Positions 52,725 through 64,000 of a stretch of 64,000 nucleotides of DNA are shown here, piece by piece. Location: positions 99,510,001 through 99,574,000 of the forward strand of contig OZ024740.1 of the NCBI GenBank assembly GCA_964016885.1, read 5' to 3'. The first letter of the stretch is position 1; each line of letters opens with the position of its first letter. This DNA comes from Eledone cirrhosa (lineage: Eukaryota). The notes under the pieces are model-generated. The model was not told the DNA's origin, ran no database searches, and worked only from the letters and a program-made list of their open reading frames with translations. Made by a program: the position numbers and the translations under genes.

Positions 52725-53370
52725 GTTATATATAACTTTTTTATTCACAGTTGTATAAAAATATAATAACAAAAATAAATAATTAAAAAAAGAGAAAGAA
52801 AAGGGAAAGGAAAAGGAAAGAGAAAAAGAAAGAAAAAACACACAAGCAGGTAATACATACATCTAGGAACACATACAACAAAAGACAGATGAAAGGGGCA
52901 GACAATCAAACCACTAGCAGAACAAAAAATAACAATATTGCGAGGAGCTCTGGAAAACCTCTCTAATAATTTTTTAGGCAAGCCAGCTCGCTAGCAGCAT
53001 TACTTCGGGCGATGGTGAGGCTGATGCACTGGAACAACCAAGCACCCTCACAAGCTTCACCAATTACCTCTGTTAGGTGAGCTGCCAGTGAACATAAGAA
53101 CCTCGCAGTCAGTAGCCTGACTCCCTCAAATGTATCGAAAACCACAGGCTGGAAAATGTAGTTACCCGACAGATCATGGTATTTCTGGATTTTGATCTGT
53201 TCAGCTGCGGGTGCTGTAGCTCTCACCCTAACAGCTGTATACAGGATGTGAGAAGAAGCAAAAGAATCACTAACTGTGATAGCCCAGATAAGGCACCTAC
53301 CTCTTAACCAGGGACATAGGGTAAGACAGTCAGGTCTTTTCATATCAATTCTGGACAACCCAGACGGTTC
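52725..53370 (-). mobile_element. 5'-truncated CRE-like non-LTR retrotransposon
   Basis: EPSGLSRIDMKRPDCLTLCPWLRGRCLIW.ITV...KIQKY...YIFQPVVFDTF...QCISLTIARSNAA is an RLE domain with the RPD...D motif. Confidence 0.8.
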
Positions 53371-54269
53371 AAAATATGTGTGTTTGTGTGTATCTTACAC
53401 AAGCAAGCATGGAGAAGTGGGTGTAAAAACGATGTGTACATATCTAAATCTAAACATTCTATCAATAGGTGCAGGCAAGGCTGTGTGGTTAAGGAGTTCA
53501 CTTCACAACTACATACTTTCAAGTTCAATCCCACACTAAGTTGTCCAATGCCTTGTGAGTGAAATTTGGTAGATAGAAAGTGCTTGAAATCCTGTCATAT
53601 GTATTTGGCTCATGGACACTATGCACTGCTCAGTCTGGAATTTGAACCCACATCACAGTAATCAGCCCAACACCCAAACAACCAGGCCTCCTGCTTTTGC
53701 TACTCCTTAAACTTTGATGTTTCATTCTGGGAAAGTTTCATATTACTTGAATCTTTTTGAAGCTCTATCTCATGTTAAGAAACCAAGTATGTAGCTCTTC
53801 ATTTATGAGATATATTCAGGAGCTTATTTGAACTACAACTTACATGCCAATGAAACTATTATAAAGGATAATTAAACAGTGTTATTACTGTTCCTTTCTC
53901 TGATTTATACTAATCCCTGCTCTAGATAGCCTTTTTATAGCCTTATTTATGGCTATAAAAAATGTAATGATTTTTCACTTGAAATCAAAACAGTACTTGA
54001 TTGTAAAATGTTAGGCATTTTATGTAACAAAATGTTATGTCATTCTTGTTACGTATGATTCTTCTTTATATAGTTTACCACATTTCAACAGTACACTCTT
54101 ACTTGCTATCTTATAAAGAAAGATATCTTATGCTCACACCACAAGTTAGATGTGAAACTTAAAATGTAACAGATTAAATTTTATTCTCTGATTTGTCTTA
54201 CTGCAGAATATAAAATGTTCATATTTTGATTTGTCTTAAATCACAGCACAACTGACCAAGTATTTACAC

Positions 54270-55370
54270 CGGGGAGGTCTTCGAAAAATTGTGGGAGTAT
54301 TGCCAAGAGGTTTATGCTTGTTTCACAGACCTCGATAAGACATATGATCATATTCTACACGACTTGTAGAGGAAAATGCTGCAGGAGTACAGGATCGGTG
54401 GACAGCTTCTTGTTGCCCTGATGTCTCTATATGAAGTACCGAGTATTTGTTTATGGATAAAGGGTGCCAAGTTGAAACCATTCAATGTGGGTGTGGGATT
54501 CTGACAAGGGTGTGTACTGCCATCCCTTCTGTACATAATCTGCATGAACAGGATTGACATGCACAACTGGGTTGGAAGTGATATCACAACTGTTTAATAT
54601 AGGATTAGTTGGCTGGAATTTGCAGATAATGAAACTCGTCACAAGGTGGTCTCCATCATGCATTTGATAGGTTTGCTGCCAAATGCTGCATGGCAGGAGT
54701 GAAATCAATGCTGTGAAGAGTGAGACACTCATCCTCTCAAGGAAGCCTTGCACAGTGCATTCTACATGAGCGGAGTTCTATTGAATCAGGTGGAATATTC
54801 AAGTATCTTGGGGCTGAGATGAAAGGCAGGAGGGGGAATTAAGTGCAAGAATGTGCCATTTTCAGCACTCAGCCATCAAAAGAAGAGAGTTAGGCCTAAA
54901 AACCAAACACACTATCTTCAATTTGGTATTCTTGCCAACCCTTACCTATAGTCATGAATCTTGGATAATGACAGAAAATATATGATTGCAAATACAGGCA
55001 GATGAAATGGGGTGCCTCTTAAAGGTCTTTGAAGTAATGTTACTTGATAAAATGCATACCTTGTAGAACATAGAATCATTCTAAGTAGAGCCACTATGTC
55101 TCCAAATTAAGAGATCACAGCTCCATTGGAGCTGTGATCTCTTAATTTGGATACTATAGGCATCTGGACAGAATGACTAAGGTGAGAATCGATGGGCAGA
55201 GTTTATGGGCAAAACCAACTGGCAGGAGGCCCAGGGGTAGACCCCAAGCTAGATGGTAGAATAATATCCACAAGCTCAGTTGGTCTCACTTGGAGATCCA
55301 GCCAAATCAATTGGAGACAGTTGCTTCTGCTTGAGAACCCTCCCAAGAATAACTTGGTTAAGAAGATGAA
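54270..55370 (+). mobile_element. Decayed RTE LINE (second family)
   Basis: VFEKLWEYCQEVYACFTDLDKTYD and FNVGVGF*QGCVLPSLLYII; homologous to 24500-25650 in opposite orientation. Confidence 0.82.
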
Positions 55371-56759
55371 CATATCTTAACATGACAAATTCTATTTTAA
55401 TGCTTTTGATACCAAACTGCTTTAAACCTCTTCTGGTTTTATGATACAAAACTGTACATTTCAAAATGTTTATATTAATCTAAAAACTTTCCATCATAAT
55501 TCATCATCATCATCATTATCACTGTTTAACATCTATTTTCCATGCTAGCATGGGTTAGACAGGTTGTCATGATCTGAGGTTAGACTGGCCTTAACTTTTT
55601 GGTTTGGTTTCTGTAGCTGGATGCCCTTCAAATGCCAACAATTTTACTGTTTGTAATGGGAACATTTTATCTTGACTGTAGCACCTTATAGTGTAAACTG
55701 AATGATTTTTCATGTCACCAGCACTATCACTTCCAATCACTAAATTAAAAATGAAATAGTTAGCTATTTTACTAAATCCATTAAAATTCTTGATTTTTTT
55801 CAAAATGATTTGAAAATCATAGGAGGAATCTTTTATTAGAAATATGGTAATGAAAAGCTTAATGTAAAAAATATATACATTTATCTATAGAGGTATATCC
55901 ATAAATTTAGAAACAAAGCTGAGTGTAGAGTTCAAATTCTATACACATGGAATTAGTTTCATGTCAAAGGAGCAAGAATTTAACTATCAAGTAGTGTAAT
56001 CTTCTGAATTATATTTTGCATGTTAACTTTGCCATTTCCTTTTCTGGTCAATATGTTATCAGCTCTCTAAAATTTTTTTTTTTTTCCTTAATTTTTGAAG
56101 AAATTAATCAAATCAAATTATCTTCATCTTAAAAATCAGTGTTGCATTCAACTATATCAATTGCTTCATTAAAGCTTAATTGATCTCTCAGCTCTTCCTC
56201 TTTTTCACTCCTTGTCTATATTTCTCTCTTTCACTCTTTACACCCCATCACTCTCTTTTTCTATTAGCATCCCACTCTTTCTCTCTCTCTTTAAATATTC
56301 CTCTCTCTCTCTCTTTCTTCACATCCCTTGCTTTCTCTTCAAACTTCCTTCTCACTTACCCACACTATCTTCTATGACAGTGCTGCTCCACTCCTTTTAA
56401 AGGCCATTCTCCACTACATAATATCACCATTATATTTTTTTGTAATAAAATTTGTCTTTTCAACTAGACTATACAATCCTTTGAAAATTCTTCACAATAT
56501 TCCTTAGATTTGTGAAGTTCCTATGAGAGTGGGCAGGCATGATTGAGTGCTTAACTTAACCCTTTAGCATTCAAACCAGCTCAATCCGGCCACAATTCTG
56601 TCACCTCTTTCTGTTCAAACCAGTTGTCACCATCTGCTCATACTTATGTTAAGTCATTGTACTCAAAATAAATAATATAAAAATCTCATAGATTTGATAT
56701 TATGTGAAATAATTATGTGAGGTAAAGCCTTTACAATGAAAATATAATGGCAAATATTA

Positions 56760-56824
56760 TGAGGGCCCTCCACAGCTGGGAGCCCAGGGCAATTGCCTAT
56801 TTTGCCCCCATTAAACCCGACCCT
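56760..56824. mobile_element. 3' end of a hAT-type MITE related to 4703-4861
   Basis: GGGAGCCCAGGGCAATTGCC...TTAAACCCGACCCTG resembles GGGGCCCCCGGGCAACTGCC...TTAAGAAAGCCCTG. Confidence 0.55.
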
Positions 56825-56834
56825 GTCCATCATC

Positions 56835-59180
56835 ATTATAGGAACAATAAGGTAGATGAGGCAGTTAAGGCCAAGAGACAGGCATGGAACGAATGGAAGA
56901 ATGGGTGGAGCAGGGTACATTACATAGAGACCAAGAGGGAAGCTAGGCGACAAGTATACTTAGCAAGGAGGGAAGCAGAGTATAGAAAATTCAAGCATGT
57001 TTTGCAATGTGAGGACCAGAAACAGGAGGTGTTCAAGATTGCGAGGCAGTGTGTCAGAGAGAATTGTGATGTCATTGGAGAGAAGTGTATCCGGAATGAT
57101 AAAGGTGAGCTTGCCCTCACAAGTGCTGAGAAGAAAGATGCATGGAACTCCATTACTAAATGAGGAGATGCATGGGAAGAAGAGAACCTACCCCAAGTAG
57201 ACCCTATAGAGGGGCCAGCAGTACAAGTCAGCAGCAGCGTAGTAAGGGAATCAAAGATATGAAGATGAGGAAGGCAACCAGTCCATCGGGTATAGCTGCC
57301 GAGATTTTGAAGGCATCTGGGTCTGTAGGTCACACTATAACCACACGTATTGTTAACCAGGTAATACTAGAAGGTGTCATACCGAAAGATTGGTGCAGTA
57401 GCATCATTGTCAACTGCTACCAAGGTAAAGGTGATGCACTAGATAGAGGAAACTATATAGGTATAAAGCTGATGGACCAGGTCATGAAAGTAACAGAAAG
57501 AGTTATAGCACAGTTGATTAGGGACCGGGTGAAACTAGATGAGATGCAATTTGTGTTTGTACCAGGAAGAGGCACCACTGATGCCCTCTTCCTTGTGAGG
57601 CAGTTACAGGAAAAGTACCTAACTAATAGTAAGCCACTCTACCTGGCATTCGTCGATCCTGAGAAAGCCTTTGACAGAGTTCCACGTGCTGTAATCTGGT
57701 GGGCTCTTAAAAAAATAGGAGTAGATGAATGGCTTGTGAAAGCGGTACAGGCCATGTATAGGAGAGCAGTCAGCAAAGTAAGGATTAGCAATGAATATAG
57801 CGAGGAATTTAGCGTAAAGGTTGGTGTCTACCAAGGATCTGTTCGTAGCCCTCTCCTATTCATCATAGTGCTGCAGGCAATAACGTAGGAGTTTAAGACC
57901 AGATGCCCATGGGAACTCCTGTATGCTGATGACCTCGCACTTATAGCTGAATCTATGGTAGAACTAGAGAAGAAATTCCAAATTTGGAAGCAGGGACTAG
58001 AAAGAAAGGGTCTCAAAGTCAGCATGACAAAGACTAAGGTCCTTGTAAGTAGACGAGAATACAGAACACAGATCCCCTCAGGGAAATGGCCTTGTTCACT
58101 ATGTAGGAAAGGTGTAGGTAGGAACTCCATTCTCTTCCCCAAATGCAAACAATGGGTACACAAGTGATGTAGCGGGATCTCAGGAAGCTTAATTAAGAAT
58201 GTAGGCTTCATATGCAGCAGCTGTGCTGGGACAGCAAGCAGCAAACAGCCACAGGAAACAAGTACCACCAATCTCTGGGAGGGCTCTGTAGAAACAGTAG
58301 ACAGCTTCTGCTACCTACGTGACCGAATTAGCAGCGGAGGTGGGTGTTCAGAAAGTACAATAACTAGGGTAAGAACGGGATGGAAGAAGTTCAGGGATCT
58401 ACTGCCACTGCTAGCTGCAAAAGGCTTCTCCCTCAAAATGAAAGGCAGACTGTATGATGCGTGTATCCGAACAGCAATGTTACATGGTAGTGAGACCTGG
58501 GCGCTGAAGGTGGAAGACTTACGGAGATTAGAGAGAAACGAAGCCTGCATGCTCCGATGGATGTGTAACAGTAATATACATGAACGACAAAGCATAAATG
58601 AATTGAGAGAGAGACTGAGCATAAGAGGAATCAAATGCTGTGTGCAGGAGAGGCGGTTGCGTTGGTATGGACATGTGATGTGTATGAAGGATGACAGCTG
58701 CATAAAAATGTGCAGAGCACTAGAAATCAATGGAAACCGCGGAATGGGGAGACCCAAGAAAACCTGGGATGAGGTAATAAAAGCCGACCTTACCCAATTA
58801 CACCTCTCAAAGGCGATGACACACGACCGTGACATCTGGCATCACGCAGTAATACAGAGTACCCGACCTCCCATGGGTACAAGCTGAAGCATATAGACAA
58901 TATGCCCCCACACCCTCTCACTGCAAGGTGGTCGTGGAAGTGCCACGGCAAAAAAGCGCCCAGCCCACACTGTAAAGTGGACGTGTAGGCGCCACAGCAA
59001 AAAAGTACCCAGCACTCACTGTAAATGAGGTTGGTGTTAGGAAGGGCATCCAGCTGTAGAAATCAAGCCTAAATCAGTTCCTGTATGAGCAAGGCATGGT
59101 CAGCCGACCAGACACTGCCCACAACAGGACAACCCGTCTAACCCATGCTAGCGGGACGTAAAACGGTGATGATGATGATG
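56835..59180 (+). mobile_element. 5'-truncated RTE LINE (PHD-bearing family), least decayed copy
   Basis: KATSPSGIAAEILK, GNYIGIKLMDQVMK, YLAFVDPEKAFDRVP, GVYQGSVRSPLLF, LLYADDL (57922), Cys/His finger 58093-58224, C-terminal RLRWYGHV...GRPKKTW...DRDIW; 3' UTR repeats and (GAT)n tail. Confidence 0.93.
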
Positions 59181-59184
59181 CAAA

Positions 59185-59393
59185 GGCAGTGGATTAGCAG
59201 TGTCGGGCAACATGCTTTGCAACATATAATTATGTCTGTTTATGTTCTGAGTTCAAATCTCGCTGAGGTTAGCTTTGCCTTTCATCCTAACAGGGTCGAT
59301 AAAATAAAGCACCAGTAACACACTTGGGTCAATTTAATCGACTTTCCTCTTACCCCAAATTGTTGGCCTTGTGCCTAAATCAGAAACCATTAT
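59185..59393 (+). mobile_element. SINE family A
   Basis: GAGTTCAAATCTCGCTGAGGTTAGCTTTGCCTTTCATCCTAACAGGGTCGATAAAATAAAG. Confidence 0.82.
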
Positions 59394-60254
59394 TTAGGTA
59401 TGATGAAGAAACCGAATGTGATGGATTGAGAGAATTGTTAACCTGAACAGGCTTTCTGGTATTTGTTTCAGGTCTTTACATTCAGATTTTAAATCCTGCT
59501 TAATTAACTTTTGTAATTGATAAAATAAATTACTAATCAAATACTGGGATCAATTTAGTTGATTGATCTCTCCCACAATATTTCGATATTTAGTGCAGAA
59601 ATTATTGTAAAATAAAGCACCAGTAATGCACTGGGTTTGATTTAATCAACTTTTCTCTTCCCCAAAATTGTTGCCCGTGTACATAAATCAGAAACCATTA
59701 TATATGATTGCATTATGTATTTTAATATAACAACATTCAACTATACTCATATATATTCTCACTATCTTTCATCATTTCTTATTCTCTATATTTTATACCA
59801 TTTATGTGCTGAACAACCTTTTAATTCTATATTACAAACTTTGTTTCTGATACACAGATTATTATTGCCATTTCCTGGCCATTGGACACTAGTTCTATAT
59901 TCTTATTTTGTATTCTTCTTCTTCCCCCATCTATCTATCTATAGCTAACTATGTATCTATTACAGCACAAACATATAACAAATAAACAAAACCAATATCT
60001 TACCTAAGACATACCAAATCATATATTGATTAAAATCAACCATAGACATCATACTGCTTTGTTAGAAAGATATACCATTAATATATGAGCAGTTAAGTAA
60101 TTACAGATATAAAATTCAATACATGTTCATATACATGTGTTTGTGCTGAGGAGTGGGTAGGAACTGGTAAATATATATGTGAATAGTAGGTAAACATTAT
60201 GCATATGGGGTCATGTATAAATGTATATATTATATATGTCTAAACATGTCAATG

Positions 60255-64000
<3,746 letters not shown>

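Noticed and set aside
56557-56640. TTAACCCTTTAGCATTCAAACC, a piggyBac-like terminus
   Set aside because: No matching second TIR or TTAA was found nearby, so an element cannot be delimited.

Overview
AT-rich, repeat-dense eukaryotic DNA; the SINE, RTE and microsatellite repertoire suggests a cephalopod (octopus-like) genome, which is an inference. No host protein-coding gene can be supported. Main contents: (1) a compact 4.2-kb decayed Ty3/Gypsy-type LTR retrotransposon (7443-11610) whose primer-binding site is complementary to the 5'-terminal 12 nt of tRNA-Phe rather than a tRNA 3' end, with a DIRS-like RNase H motif set and a G GGA AAC frameshift signal; (2) a 4.7-kb internally deleted Academ-type DNA transposon (32533-37262) nested in a SINE, carrying an inverted copy of nearby host DNA and a 50-bp minisatellite; (3) several decayed RTE-clade LINE families, one with a PHD-type finger inside the RT; (4) CRE-like and R4/Dong-like RLE retroposon fragments; (5) tandem non-autonomous Helitrons, hAT and Ginger-like MITEs and many tRNA-derived SINEs; (6) a ~3.75-kb interrupted (TA)n satellite running off the right end. 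All alignments were done by eye, so boundaries of decayed repeats are approximate.
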